Shown here: positions 23,001 through 38,000 of the stretch, in pieces
Layout: every line of letters begins with the position of its first letter
Position numbering within the stretch: position 1 is the first letter of the stretch
DNA from: Heptranchias perlo
Lineage: Eukaryota
Length of the DNA stretch: 64,000 nucleotides
Reading direction: 5' to 3'
NCBI RefSeq assembly: GCF_035084215.1
Contig: NC_090357.1
Coordinates: 19,158,001-19,222,000, forward strand
The notes under the pieces: model-generated
Told to the model about the DNA's origin: nothing
Seen by the model: only the letters and a program-made list of their open reading frames with translations
The model's database searches: none
Program-made: the position numbers and the translations under genes

Positions 23001-26000
23001 CTGGCTGGGGTACGGGGGCCCAATTTCAAAGTTTGCAGATGACACAAAACTTGGAAGTGTAATTAACAGTGAGGAAGATAGTAACAGACTTCAGGAGGAT
23101 GTAGACAAACTGGTGAAATGGGCAGACATGTGGTAGATGAAATTTAATACAGAGAAATGTGAAGTGATGCCTTCTGGAAGGAAAAATAAGAGGTAATAAA
23201 AACTAAATGTTACAATTTTAATAATGTACAGGAACAAAAAGATCTGGGGGTTCACAATCACAAATCTTTGAAGGTGTCAGGGCAATTCGATAATGCTGTT
23301 AAAAAAGCATACGAGATCCTTGGCTTTATAAATAAATGGTATAGAGTACAAAACCAAGGAAGTTATGTTAAACCTTCATAAATCACTGGTTGGTATCAGC
23401 TAGAGTATTGTGTCCAATACTGGGCACCACACTTTAGGAAAGATCTCAAGTACCATAATGATACCAGGAATGAGGGGTTTCAGTTACATGGAGAGCGTAG
23501 AGAATTTGGGATTGTTCTCCTTAGAGCAGAGAAGGTTAAGGGAAGATTTAATAGAGGTGTTCAAAATTATGAGAGATTTTAATAGGGGAAATAAGGATAA
23601 ACTGTTTCCACTGTTGGGCAGGTCAGTAACCAGAGAACACAGATTTAAGGTAATTGGCAAGAAGTAGGGGCAGATGAGGAGAATTTTTTTTTTATATACA
23701 CGGCAAGTTATGATCTGGAATGCACTGCCTGAAAGGGTGGTGGAAGCAGATTCAATAGTAACTTTCAAAAGGGAATTCGATATATACTTGAAAAGGAAAA
23801 AATTACAGGGCTATGGGGAAAGAGCGAGGCAGTGGGATTAGTTGGATAGCTCGTTCAAAGGGCCGGCACAGGCACGATGGGCAGAATGACCTCCTTCTGT
23901 GATGTAAAATTTTATGATTCTATGAAACGGGGACTTTTTTCAATAGAACAGAGAAGGTTAAGATTCTAGTTAGTGAGTCAGTACCTCAAAGGACAGAATT
24001 TTAAGATCACCACAAAAAGGGTGGAGAGAGGGGTTAGGAATTTATTTTATGCTGAGGCTTGTTAGGAATGCCTTACAAGAAACAGCAATGGAGGCATAAT
24101 CCATAAAGTTTTTAAAAAGGGAAATGAATAATATTTTTAAAATTTAACGGGTAAAATCCAATGATTATATGGAGCTAAAACAAATCAGAATAGATGGGAA
24201 TCAAAAGCAAAATACTGTGGATGCTGGAAATCTGAAATAAAAGCAGAAAATGCTGGAAATACTCAGCAAATCAGGCAGAATCTGTGGAGAAAGACACAGA
24301 TTTAGTGGGCCCGATATTAGGAGGGAGGCGGGTTGGCAGCGGGGGGTCGACTGGGCATGTGGGTAACGCGTTCGGTGAAATCAGTGATCGCAGCCTAATT
24401 GAAGGTACTTACGCGTGCTTCCGGGTTTCCTGTTGCAGACCTGCGCAGCGGGCGCACTGCGCACCCGCATCACAGGCTGTCAGCAGGAGGAGCCCTATTT
24501 AAAGGGGCAGTCCTCTGATGTTCGTCATGCAGCAAAGGACCAAATTGGCAGCATGGAGCAGTCCAGAGGCAAGGCTGCTCCAAGGTTCTCAGACTCCTCA
24601 CTCCAGGTGCTGCTCGATTGGGTCAGGAGGAGGAAGGAAACGTTTTTCCCAGCGGACGGGAGGAAGTGGCCTGCCTCTGCCACCAAGAAGGTCTGGCTCG
24701 AGGTGGCAGAGGAGGTCAGCAGCAGCAGTAACATCTCCCGAACCTGGGTCCAGTGCAGGAAGCGCTTTAATGACCTAACCAGGTCAGCCAAAATAAGTAT
24801 ACTTACGCATTCTCCCACACTCCGTCTTCCACATCACCTCCACCACCACACAACTCCTTCTGCACTGCCACGACAATGTTCTTGCATCACTCCTCACATC
24901 CACTGAACCATCATCCTCACCTTGCCTGCACTTACTCACCGCCCCAGTTCCCATTCGAACACTACCACGCAACCCACTCCTCATACAATCTCATGGCTGT
25001 GTCTCACACGCATCCTCCCATGCCCTCACGGTCACCCCCACACACACCAATGCATGCAACTATGCAACCATTACTCAATCCTCAATCATGCCTCTCTGTG
25101 TTTTGCATTGATAGGAGAAGAGATGCCAGAAGGCCCAGGAGAGGGATGATGGCGAAAGGGGACATGGAAGTGGGGATGCCACTCAAAGCGCTTCCATGTC
25201 TCACCCGTTGCCCCCCTCTCAACCCGGACTCACAATGCTGCCTCCTCTCCAGGTGGCAGAGTCTGCCCCTGCACAGGTGCAGGTGGAGCAATCTTTGGAG
25301 GGGCCCTCACGGGCACCGAAACCCAGAGGACATCTGCGCAAAGCATCTCATCGGTCAGGACATGGACAAGAGCAACCTGTCACTACCTCTGCTGAAGCCA
25401 CAGGGGTAGCACCACGTAGGGGGTCCCGTAAACGTAAGGCTAAGGTTTTGTGAGCACAAAAGTGTATGACGGAATGTCATGTTTTTCATTTAGATTTGTT
25501 TCTTTTGCCAACCACGTTAAATTTTGTAACCACTACTGCCACGTCTTTGCAAATCTTGTCTGGTTTGTGCAATAATTCCCTTTCCTGAGGATCACCCTGA
25601 AGACCCACACCTGATGCCACCCATTGGGTCACTGCAGAGTGGGCGTAGGTGTATTTGCAGGGCTCTTTTGTGCAGACGACTGAGACGCTGGAGATGTCCC
25701 CGGTGGCACCCTGGAAGGATCCGGAGGAGAAGCTGAGGGCAGTGGTGACTTTGATAGCGACAGGTAAGAAGATGGTGCTCGGGCCAGCCAGGAGCAGCTC
25801 GGCATCAAGGAGGCTGCAGATGTCCACGACTACATGTCGAGTGACTCTGAACCTCCGTGTGCACTGCTCCTGAGAGAGGTCCAGGAAGCTGAGCCGTGGT
25901 CTGTAGACCGTGTGGTGAGGGTAGTGCCTTCTGCAATGCATCTCTCTCTGCGGTTGCCCTCCCTTCTGCTGTGCAGGTGGATGTGCCACAGCACTGTGTT

Positions 26001-29000
26001 GTGGAGCTCCACACATCAGAGGTGGATGGCGTGGCCGGCGAGGCTGGTGTTGCTGTTCGTTCTCCGATGCAGCTATGGCGGCCCCCATCCGGAAGATGTA
26101 CGTTTGAGGGGGTCCGCAAGGTAGGTAAATGTTCTGCACATTGGAGTTGGTGAATTTTAGTGTTAGGAGGAGGGTGGTACAAGCCAAACTTTGTCCAAAG
26201 TGACAGAGTGGCTTCCTGCAATGAGTGAGGATCTCCCCCCCCACCCCCCCACCACCCCCCACCCGACCTGTCAAATGGACTTTTGCAACTCCCACTGGCT
26301 GGTGGCTGCAACATGTCTGTTTCAACTGGTAGTGTTTCCCCCAGTACGGGAAACACACTCAGTTGACATGAAAATCCCACCCCTCCTAAAATATCCTCCC
26401 AATCAGTTCTGCAAACGACCTGAACTGTGTTATTAATTGCTTTCAGTGGGATCCCACCAGCTTTAATTGCCGGTGGGAGTCCTTCATGCGGGGGCTGCGG
26501 CGCATCTCAGCATGTCATTGGGGAACCCAGAAGTGGGCAGATTGGAGCTGGGCTCCGGACCCGCCCCAGGAATCCCCAATTTTAGCAGCCACCCCCCGCC
26601 ACGAATGCACCCGCTCGGCTATCTGAAAATTGACCCCAATGTTTCAGGTCGATGACCTTTCGTCAGGACTGGAAGAACTTAGAGATTTAACACCCCATTT
26701 TGGCTTGCACCATCATTCTTTTTGTCATTTAATCATTCCTGCCCTCCATCCTATCATAGACCTTCCCTTTTGCACCTTCCTCCTCCCCCCATTGCCCTTT
26801 GCCTGGCTCTGTAACTGCTTAAAAATTGTTTAATCTTCAACTTCTTCCAGTTCTGACAAAAGGTTGTCGAGCTGAAATATTAACTTTGTTTCTTTCGCCA
26901 CAGGTGCTGCCTGACTTGCTGGGTATTTCCAGCATTTTCTGCTTTTATTACACAATAAATGGATGTGGTCATGCTTATACTATGTTCATGCTCTGACCAG
27001 ACCACATCTTAAGTGCTTTGTTTGGTCTAGTCATTAAGACACAGGGGAGAAACTCAAGCCCTGGAGATAGCTCAGAGAAGAGCCACAAACTGATTCCCAG
27101 CAGCAGAGGACTGAGCTATGGGGAAAGAGAGGAGAAACTTGGGTTATTCAGCATTGAAAGAAAGTTAATTGAGAGGTGACCTTCCAGAGGTATACAAGAT
27201 AGTGAACTGTATGGACACAGTAAATCCAGAATATTATTCCAAACTAAAACATGAGAATAGGACAAATGGCATAAGTTCAAACTATTAAAAAAGGCAAATT
27301 TAGGACCAATATCAGGAAATTTTCTTCACAGTGACCAACACATTGAATGCATTTCCAGGCAGAGTGGTGGAGACAATAACCCTGGAATCATAGAAGAGAC
27401 AATTAGATGCCTTGGGAGAGGGAGGGAAGGGATTTTGTAATGAGAGGAAGTCTATTTATGACTTAGGACTAGCATCACTAGGTGCAAAGAGAACAATTAT
27501 TAGTCAGATGTGAATTTTCTTGAAACAACCGAATAAGATTTATTAGGAACAACCACACAAGTGTTTCCATCCCAAACATACTACAGTCCAATTATCGATG
27601 GGAATACAATTCACCCATGTAACAGAGAAGTGAGGGAAACGCTCCTCTGACATCACACCTGACCATTGGGCCCTCTTGCTTCTGTGTGTAGGACTAGCTC
27701 AGCAGACAAATTCTCCTGCTTACAAACTTATGGAAGGAGTTTTTATATCTATTGCTCCACCTCTACAGGGGTTTCTCTAATTACAAGAGATGGATCAGCA
27801 TACCCCTACTGCCTGAGCCAATGGAACAACTCTATTGCCCTGGCTGCATCTGGATCACATTTACTGAGACCACCTCTCTTCCTCCACACAACATACACCA
27901 TTATTTCAAAGCAACCCAACACATCAGGAAGATACTGTTCCTGCCTTAATGGGTCTACCATTTAGCATGAATCAAATATACCACTGAACTGTAAACAAGA
28001 ATATTCGATTCACAGTTAGATAGCTAAATACACATTAATAAAGCAGGAGATTAACCCCGTCTTATAAACTGTGGGGTCGTCCTGGATGGATCAGCTAAGA
28101 TGAATGGCCTTTCTCATCTGCAATTATCTTGAGATCTACCTAATAAATGGGTATATTGATCTTTTAATATACTAGTGGCAATGATTTGCTGCTCTGTTAA
28201 ACTTACTGTGTAAACACTATTAAAGTCACCAAATGTGTTTGATGATTTTTGCTATAATTTTATTATGGGACAATTTCCCTTCTTCATTCGTCAAAGCAAA
28301 ATTGTGAACATGTGCATTACACATATTTACAATTTCACAATAAATAATAAATCTTCCCCATTATTAGTAGACGAGTCTGATTGGGTCTAAGATTACATTC
28401 AGCAAATGTTGCATTTTGTCCCATTAGGTGTTCCGGTGATTGGGGAGGTGACTCAGCCCCGTCTGGTCAGTGTCCTGCGAGGAAAGTCAATCACAATAAA
28501 CTGTATGTTTAATTACACTGCAAATGTCAGTGATTGGATCCATACAGTCTGGTACAGGAGCTCGCCAGGGATCGCTGATACTCACTATAAAGGGAATGAG
28601 CTGAGCTGCATTCCTGAGATTACTCCGGGTGTTTCTAGTCGTTGTGTTATGTTATTGAAGATTGAAAATGTTTCTTTCAAAATCTCCGATTCTAATTATA
28701 CCTGTGTGGTGAAAGTACCAACTGTCTACCCGCCCATAGAGAGAAGAGGACCAGGAACACGATTGCATGTCAATGGTAAATTGTGTGTATATATCATAAA
28801 CGGATAATACTTTTATATGAATAACTACTGTTACCAGAATTTAATAGGTAAAGATAATGGAATGCAATGCCCAATGTGATCATTTCTGAACTGCTGGGAC
28901 CATGAAAGTGCCATTCCATGGAAGGTAATGAATGATGAATGTTGGATGTAAAATTGGACTGGTAGTCCAGAGTTCTGATTGATTTATCTTCGGGGCCAGG

Positions 29001-32000
29001 GACAAAGTTCATAGAACTTTTATTCCGGATTCGGTGAATCCATGATGGGCCAAATGGCACCCGGTACGTGGATAGAACAGGCTTGGTAGGCCAAAGGCCT
29101 TTTCTCAGTCTATTGTTATGTTTTTTTTTTCTACATTAGGTACACTGATCAGTGCCTCAGCCAATTATTGGTATAATAAAATGTGGACCTACTCCATTAC
29201 AATGAAGCCTAGGCCTGTAGACACAGTTTCAGCAGGGGAGTGGGGGGGTGGGGGGTTCAACTTTGGTAAACAGCAGCTTTGGTAGCAATGCTGATGCATA
29301 TTTCTTCTCCATAGTCCAGGAATGCTGAAGCCATATGTAGTATGTCATCCCCAACTGCTATTGGCTAATTCAGCACAAGGTCCCTCCTCATCTGTACTGT
29401 TCAATTACTTTTTATTCTTGGAATCCATAAATGCCCCAAAAGACAGTTTAACTGAACCAACCATTTGCCTCCCCTCCCCCACAAATGGGCTCGAAAGCAA
29501 AATAATAATTGATAATGAACTACCTGTCTGACATCAAGTTGTGGATAGGTCAGAACTTTTTCCAGCCCAGCATCAAGACTGAAGCCATTCTTTTTGGCTC
29601 TCACCAGTCTTTGTGCCTCAACCATTGGTTCCAATCCACTTCTCAAATGGTTGCTCAGACTGAACCCAACCAAGTACAGTCTCAGTGTCTTGTTTGACCC
29701 AGAGCCAAGATTTAAACTCCACATGACGTCCACTAACAAGATTGCCTACTTCCAGTTCCATAACATCCCCATCTATGTCCCTACTTCACCGCCAAAACCA
29801 CTGAAACTCTCATCTACTCCTTCATCACCCTTGACCCCTCTGTCCTTGCCAACTACTGCCCCATCTTCAACCTCCCTTTCCTCACCAAAGTCCTTGAATG
29901 TGTAGTCGCCTCCCAACAATTTTTTTTTAAACATTGATGATACTTGCACCTCACTGGGAGGCTGCACATCGTGCAACTGGAATTATACATGTAGCTTCTT
30001 GGAAAATGTCAGCATTAACTGCGAGTGACTCACCTCCTGACTCCCCAAAGCCTTTCCACCATCTACAAGGCACAAGTCAGGAGTGTGATGGAATACTCTC
30101 CACTTGCTTGGATGAGTGCAGCTCCAACAACACTCAAGAAGCTCGACACCATCCAAGATAAAGCAGCTCGCTTGATTGGCACCCCATCCACCACCCTAAA
30201 CATTCATTCCCTTCACCGCCGGCGCTCAGTGGCTGCAGTGTTGACCATCCACAGGATGCGCTACAGCAACTCGCCAAGGCTTCTTCGACAGCACCTCCCA
30301 AACCCGCGACCTCTACCACCTAGAAGGACAAGAGCAGCAGGCACATGGGAATGACACCACCTGCACGTTCCCCTCCAAGTCACACACCATCCCGACTTGG
30401 AAATATATCGCCCTTCCTTCATCGTCGCTGGGTCAAAATCCTGGAAATCCCTTCCTAACACAACTGTGGGAGAACCGTCACCACACGGACTGCAGTGGTT
30501 CAAGAAGGCGGCTCACCACCACCTTCGCAAGGGCAATTAGGGATGGGCAATAAATGCCGGCCTTGCCAGCGACGCCCATATCCCATGAACGAATAAAAAA
30601 AACCTCCATTTAGGAGTTTTATAATATTAGTGTAAACATAATATACATATAATTTAGGTTCTTCATTTCTAGTTCTTATTTTTCCCCAATCATAAATAAT
30701 AATTCAATTTAACTTAAGGTCTTATACAAACAAATCTAATATAATTTCAGATCCTTCATTACAATTCAATATACCCAAATGAAAATTGAGTAAAAACGTT
30801 TAGGCATTATGCCACAAATCCTATGTAATTTCAGGCTATCTATTGGCATCTTGAAATACTAACAGAAATCAAATAGCAACATTACAATATAAAGAGACTA
30901 GAGAGACATACTGCAGATCTATCACAATAGCAGTGATCCAGGGTGCAGGCAGAACTGGTGTCCACACTTAATTCGCATTTACTGAATTTGGGCCTAAAGA
31001 TGTGAAATCCCCCAATTCCCATTGAAACAACATCGGGCCTCATGCAAAATTTAACATATTAGATAAAAACATAAAAATGAAAAACTGAAATGCCATTCTT
31101 ATCACTAAGGGGAAGGCATTTTATGTGACTCTGCCATTTGATGGGCTGTATGATCTTCACCAATCATGAGATACAAATTATATTCACGATACACTCTGAA
31201 CACCCACTGTGTAATTCGCTTATTGAAATGGAACTGCTATATGCTTTGAATGTGTAAAGCTTGTTTGACATTGGTTTGCTATTTTTTTTAAAAAACATAA
31301 ATACAACATCACTGTATTTGACGTTGTATGTTACAGTGCCGCCATCTCCTCCAGCAATTTCTATTACTCAGGAAGAGTTAATAGCTGGGAACGAGTCTGT
31401 TTTGTACTGCCTTGCTGGGGGCTTTTATCCTCAGAATATCTCCATTAAATGGCTACACAAAGAACAAACCATTTCTCACAATGGTCAATCTTCACAAGCA
31501 GATGGTAAAATTAGATATACGACCAGACTGTTCACCTTCAGGAACTCGGATGGCACATTTAATGTTACCAATCGAATGATTTTTGTCCCCACCTTGCAAG
31601 ACCATGGTACAATCTGTACTTGTCAAGTCCATCATACGATGTGTAAAAGGCTGATAAAACATATAACACTGAATGTGAACTGTAAGTATGTTCAATTAAT
31701 TAATTTGTGGCCTTCTGTTTTTAATTTTCTATTATATAGCACACTTCCAATGGAAGTCTAAGGCGGCCTAATCGCTAACTGCTTCACTGAAGCTTTAAGG
31801 TAATTTGGCAATGTCAGTCTAGAGTGTCTGTGTGAATGGCAGTCTGAGCTTGGAGTGTCCAAGTTAGCACACTGTCCTTTCACATCTGGGTCTGAAATTC
31901 AGCTCAGAAGATTGGGATGAAGGCCTTTTGTCTCTGCTGGGTATCTTATGTCTTAGGTAAATTGGGCAATCTCAATGAAACTGGCCCTGCAGATGGGGTT

Positions 32001-35000
32001 GCTCTTCTATAGTTGAGGCAAAGGCACATCATTTGGCAGAGTAGCAAGATTTTGACTCTGAAGCTGGCTGAGCTATACCTGACTTGGGAGTGCTTGAAGT
32101 GGCCCACTCTTTTTTGCTAAAATTCTTTGCCTTGATGAGCACGGAAAATTCAACACAATTGAAAGTAGAAATCTCCCTTTATTACATTTACGATGGACTT
32201 AACACTTAAGATTATATACTTGCCAGTAGAATGCATTTCCCCTTTAATGAATATATTGGAACCTAGTACACTGCTCACTTCTCTTGTAGAAATTGTTGAT
32301 TTCAGTGTAGGCTTATAGTATGTGGATCTATCACTGGCAAATTATACTCCTAATTGGTAATGGGTTTCAATGACTTATGCTTAATTTTATAAAGTGGCCT
32401 AAATTATATTTTTGACATTGTTAATGAAAATGATAAATCTGATCTATGCAAACTATTTATTGAGGTGAAGGGCTCAAATACCCAGTGACTCAGGTTAAAA
32501 TTGAGAAAGTTAGGAATAGAAAGGGAAGTCAGTGGGGCATTTTCAACTAAGGGGTATAAATTTAGGAAATAAACTGCCAGGAAAGACCTCTGAATTATAA
32601 TATAAATGAACTCAAGAACTAATTAGATGTGTTTTTGAAGGCAGAGGAATTGAGGGAAATTGGAAGAAGGTGAGGTTTGTCTACTAAAAAGGGTCGGATT
32701 AGTCGGGCTTTCTCCTATTCATAAAAATTCTGTCAAAGGCTCACCAATCTGCTACATCACATGTACAACTTCACATAGTCCTGATCACAACAGGATGGTC
32801 AGGAGAGATACCTCCACCGTGAACAAGGAAGTGGAAATTGGAGAATAAGTCAATCTGTGTTACTTTTGCACATTTTCAGTGACTGGTTTGAGAGTGGTGT
32901 CAATTAGGAATGGTTTGTCTGCCTTTCTTTTGGTTAGGAGGACACATCTAATAAATGGAAATAGAATTTCATTTTAACAATCAATCCTTTCATAAGTGTA
33001 ATAGGAAGACAGGAACAGGAATGGGCCATTCAGACCCTCAAGCCTGTTCTGCCATTCAATAAGATCATGGATGATCTGTATCCTAACTCCATTCACCCAC
33101 CTCGGCTCCATATCCCTTAATACCCTTGGCTAGCAAAAATCTATCGATCTCAGATTTAAAATTATTAATTGAGCTAGCATCCATTGCTTTTTGTGGGAGA
33201 GTGTTCCACACTTCTACCAGTCTGTGTGAAGAAGTGTTTTCTAACTTCTCTCTTGAATAATCAAAACAATTACCCCAATACTTTAAAAAAAACAGTTCTG
33301 TGCCCTTGGATACATATTTATACAGAAAGGGCATACCTGCAATGGATGCTTCAATTTCCTGTCAGTTTTGTCTGTCCTCTGACCAAATGTACACAGTTCT
33401 ACGAAGCTTTATTGAATCTGCCGATATTACTAATTACTTTCCACTTCCATGGTTCTGATTCAGATGGTCCGCAGCCCGTTATACATTACAGGTCTTCTGA
33501 TTCAGACCAGCTCCTTCCACTGCTCCAAGATGTCATCCATGCCACTCCCCAGTCATTTCTTGAACTAAACTGTACAGCAGACAGTAACCCAGCATCCACA
33601 GTTATCTGGAAAAAGAAATCCTGGGGGCAAAGTGGAAGCATACAATTGGCTGCTGGAGTAAGCAGTTCAGTCCTGAAGAAAATGAGTGTTGATGATTCAG
33701 ACAGTGGAGAGTATATTTGCAGAGCGCACAATGCATATGATTTAAAAGAACACGTTGTTGGAATACACATACTATCTGGTTTGAAAAGTAAGTGCAATGA
33801 TGCTACCTGCAAAAAGGAATGTTTCTTCATTATGAATTCTCAGTGTAGAGCAAACTGAGAGAAGAGTAATTTATTATAAACTCAAAACATTAACTCATCT
33901 TTTTGCCTTTTCATGTGCCAGACTTAAATGATTTGATTGTAAAGTATACAGCTTTGTAAGAAAAAGAATAACCCTGCGGTCAGTGAGCCCATCAACCTTA
34001 CAAGGTGTAGTATCTAAGAAAAGGACCAGATGAATATTTAAGTTCTTTACCTTAGCTCCCCATCAAAAAAACATCTGGGGATTTAACATCCATGTCTAGA
34101 GGATTACTAGATGCCTAAATTTTGCTCCCTTGAACTATCTAACATTAACCAGCCTGAAGAATATTAACCCGTATGTGACCAATCACCCTTCAGAGGGCCA
34201 GTACACTGCTGAAAGAATGAGGTAACCTCAAAGAGAAAGTCAGGCAATGAAATCATGAACTAACATTCCTTATTAACATACTTATGATAATATATTTAGC
34301 ATCATTTTAATATTAAACATTACAAGTATTCAATATACTTGAGTAGATGTTATTAACTAACAATTAATATCTGAGGTTACAAAGGCAGTTGAAGTGGATC
34401 ATAATAAATCAATACAAGCTGGGCTCTACTTATTAGTAGTTGATGTTATGCTTAAGGTCCAAGATTGACATGAAGACAGCGAGGTTCGTTTAGGTTAGAC
34501 TTCAAATATAGCTGCCAAGTTAACAACTTTGAATAGTGAGTATGTCGAATATATTAAGACTAGCTAATTCAGTTCATTGCTGATGAGCTTGCAGCTTAGC
34601 AACATTAGCAATATTCTTAGATCTTATACAAACTAGTTCTTTCAAATCAACATCTTCTATGATTCTATTGCAGGCAATTGGGACTAGCTTAGTGGTATAA
34701 ACTGGGTGACATGGACATGTTGGGCCGAAGGGCCTGTTTCCATGTTGTAAACTTCTATGATTCTATTATAGAGTTGGTGGTCTCCCCTCTCTGAGCTGTT
34801 TGTGCTTGCCTCAGAGATATCAGCATAATTAATCTCTTCTATCAGAGTTTTACATCCTCCTTCTTTCTCAGCAGCACCAACCTCTTTTGTGATCTCAAAA
34901 ATAAGTTAACTTGCAAACTGTAAAACCCTGACAAAACAAGGGGCATCAACTCAGATTGCATGTTGGAAAATTTTGCAAACTCCCGCTTGCCCAGAATGCA

Positions 35001-38000
35001 CAGACGTGTTTGAAAAATCTTTCCATCTGTTGTGAGGTTAAAAAAAAAATCCAGTTGAATTCCAGGCTTTTGAGTCAGACTGAGACCTTCAAGTGAAAAC
35101 ATGAATGGAGGCATCAAAAGACAATTCAGTGGGTAAATTTAATCAGGTCATTGTGAAATATGTAGTTACTTTTTCATTTAAAGAAAATGTTTAAAACTTT
35201 ATTTGACATTAGAAATTTTAGTTTTAGAAAAAAAAGTGGATTTTTTTTTCAAAAAGCATTTTGAATGATTTGATTGGTTAATGGTGAATTTTAAAAAATT
35301 TAGATAAAGTTTTGCCATTATAAATATTTCATATTGATTTTCAATGTGAAATGTCGATATTAAAAACGTGACTCAACTTCTTGACACAAAGTAAAGTTGG
35401 ACGACAGGAAATGTATACCATATGCAAGGTTCTATAAATATGCCATGAGTCACCAGGCACAAATGTTACAGTTTAAGTAACGATTCCAGCTGATCTATCA
35501 TTTTTTTAAAATATAGATTGATGCAAAACAACTCAAATACAGCTAGGTTACCAGTATTGGTGAAAATAGCTTTATCTGTAATGCAGGCCTGAAGTTGTAC
35601 TATGCCTAAAACAGTAATATTACATTGCCAAGACTTGCTGAATTGTTGAAACAAGGACTGACGTATTCCTACCTCCTGCAATGTGGCATGGAGATCCTGC
35701 ACTGGCACTCATGGAGAAAATGAAATTTAAGTCACAAATCATGATGTTAATACTATATTGAGACAGTATACCAGGAATGCAATTTAGCTTGTATTTATCA
35801 CCATTCTTTTACATTGAAGCAGATCATGAGAACTTAAACTGCTTTTCTGTTCCTTTACAGGTAGTTTTCCAGTCCGAACTGTGACAATGCCAATCTTCGT
35901 GGTGTCTGTCATTTTATTACTGATCTGGGCCAGTAGATGGAAAGGTAAATTAACAGTGGCTGACTAGAGGCACAAATGTGAAGTGACGGTTTTAATAGCC
36001 ATTAACTCATTCACCACTTGATGTGATTTGGTTTAGTTAACAGAATTTGGAGTGAGAAAAAAAAAATCAAGCCACCAAACCTGCTCAATAAGATATTCCT
36101 CCAATGCTTGGTCATGGGACAATGATAGACAGCATCATTATTGCAGCTGTTCAGAGTGGTTGCAAGATGCAGTAAATGAAGTGTCACAGAGATAGCATGT
36201 CACAAATGATGGATGCTATTCAGTACATAATCTGTGCATCAAATGAAATGGTAATTTAAATAGATGATGGTAAACAAATATTAATGGAACTATGTGGAAA
36301 GGTGTTTGATTTGTTCTGAAATACAGGGACTTAAGTTAGAATAAGATCATAAAAAAATACACATTTCTGAAAATTATTAGCAATGCACAATAATTTGGGA
36401 GGTGGTTGAGAGATGTATTTACATGTCGTAAGCTAAATTATTTCATTAAAGAAATCTGAGCTTTCCTCAGGACTGTAATGCCATGTGGTGGCTTGGAAGG
36501 ACCTGGTAGCATAGAAATGTAATGTTGTGGTCACCTTCACAGCCTGGCAGAGCTGTCCCTGTGTGAGCAGGTCCTGTTCAAGGAGACAGCATGATTCAGT
36601 CACAGTCTCTCTCAGGTATTACAGACAATAAAGGGAGATAGGTGTGCCAAATCCTGAACATGTTATTCATGCGACAAGGACAAGAGTGTGTCAAATGCAT
36701 CAGGTGAAATTACGCCTGCTTGCCTTTCCTTCACATCAATTTTTCCTCTTCTAAATCGAGGAGTACCGTAGGAATTCCCATGCTGAAATATTAGCATGTT
36801 GCCAGTAAAATAGCAGCAGTCAGCAAGACTGTGCTGGCCAAAGGATTCTGCAGCATCAGTGTTGCAATGCAAAAATAAAGCACCAAACACCACCAAGATA
36901 ACGCACAAACAGGAAACCAAAAATATATAAAAGAGCGCCTTCAATAAGTAATAATCAAACAGAGCTTTAAGAAATAACCTCCCCAATGCCACAACAGAAA
37001 TCCCAGCAGCATATAAAGAATGACCAGGTGAAAAAACACAGATTGCAAAATTTTCTTAATAATACATAATCATCTTATTTCACAGATAAGTACTGCCCTC
37101 GCAATTGTGGGTAAGTCACAATCTAACCTGTTACTCTTTTAGTATAAATGATAGATTGAACAACTGTTTGAGCTAATCTGCACCAAATAACATGCACATT
37201 TACAAACACCAAGCTACAAAACTTAATCATTGCAGTATACAGTTCCGGAAACTCTAAAGCTTAGACTCAATGACCAGCGGCTGACTCCACAGCCTTACTT
37301 CATTTGGCACTATGCTAGACAGCAGAGTTTGGATGAACTGAAGTTTACAGAGTGAAGCATAGGAAGCCGGCCAGGAGAGCATTGCAATAGTCAAACCTGG
37401 AAGTAACAAAGGCATGGCTGTGGGTTTTATCAGAAGATGGGTTAAGGCAGGAGCTGAGGCGAGTGACATTATGTTGATGGAAGTAGGCGATCTTTATGAT
37501 GGAAAGGATATGGGGTTCGAAGCTCAGCTCTTGGTCGAATAGCTTACTGAGGTTGCAAACAGTCTGGTTCAAACTGAGACAGTTGCAGGGGAGGGGGACG
37601 GAATCTGTGACCAGGGTACGGAGTTTGCGGTAGGGACCGAAGATTACGGCTTCAGTCCCACTTAGACTGGATGTTGGATAAGCAGTCTGACAGCACAGAG
37701 GCAATGGAGGTGTTGAGACAGGTAGAGGAGAGGTAGAGCTGCGTGTCATCAGCGTACATGTGGAAGTTGACCACATACCTTCGGATGATGTCACCAAGGG
37801 ACCGTGTATAGATCCTTGGAGGACTCTGGAAGCAACAGTTAAGGGGCTGGAAGAAAAGCCATTGCTGGAGATGCTCAGCCTAAGATTGGATGGATAAGAG
37901 TGGAACCAAGCGAGGGCAGTCCCACTGAGCTGGACAATGTAGGAGAGGCATTGGAAGAGGATGGTGTGACTAATCATTTTGGAGGCTGCAGAGACGTCGA

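Noticed and set aside
27600-27965. Possible extra exon upstream of the V exon
   Set aside because: No Ig motifs or compatible splice sites. It looks more like a very old LINE endonuclease remnant.
28300-31340. V(D)J recombination signal sequences around the V and C exons (for example cactgtg at 31205)
   Set aside because: No nonamer at 12- or 23-bp spacing, and the J-like strand is already fused to V, so there is no evidence of rearrangement.
36663-36992. Hydrophobic 109-aa minus-strand ORF inside the receptor gene
   Set aside because: Hydrophobicity follows from an A-rich plus strand. No motif or splice support.
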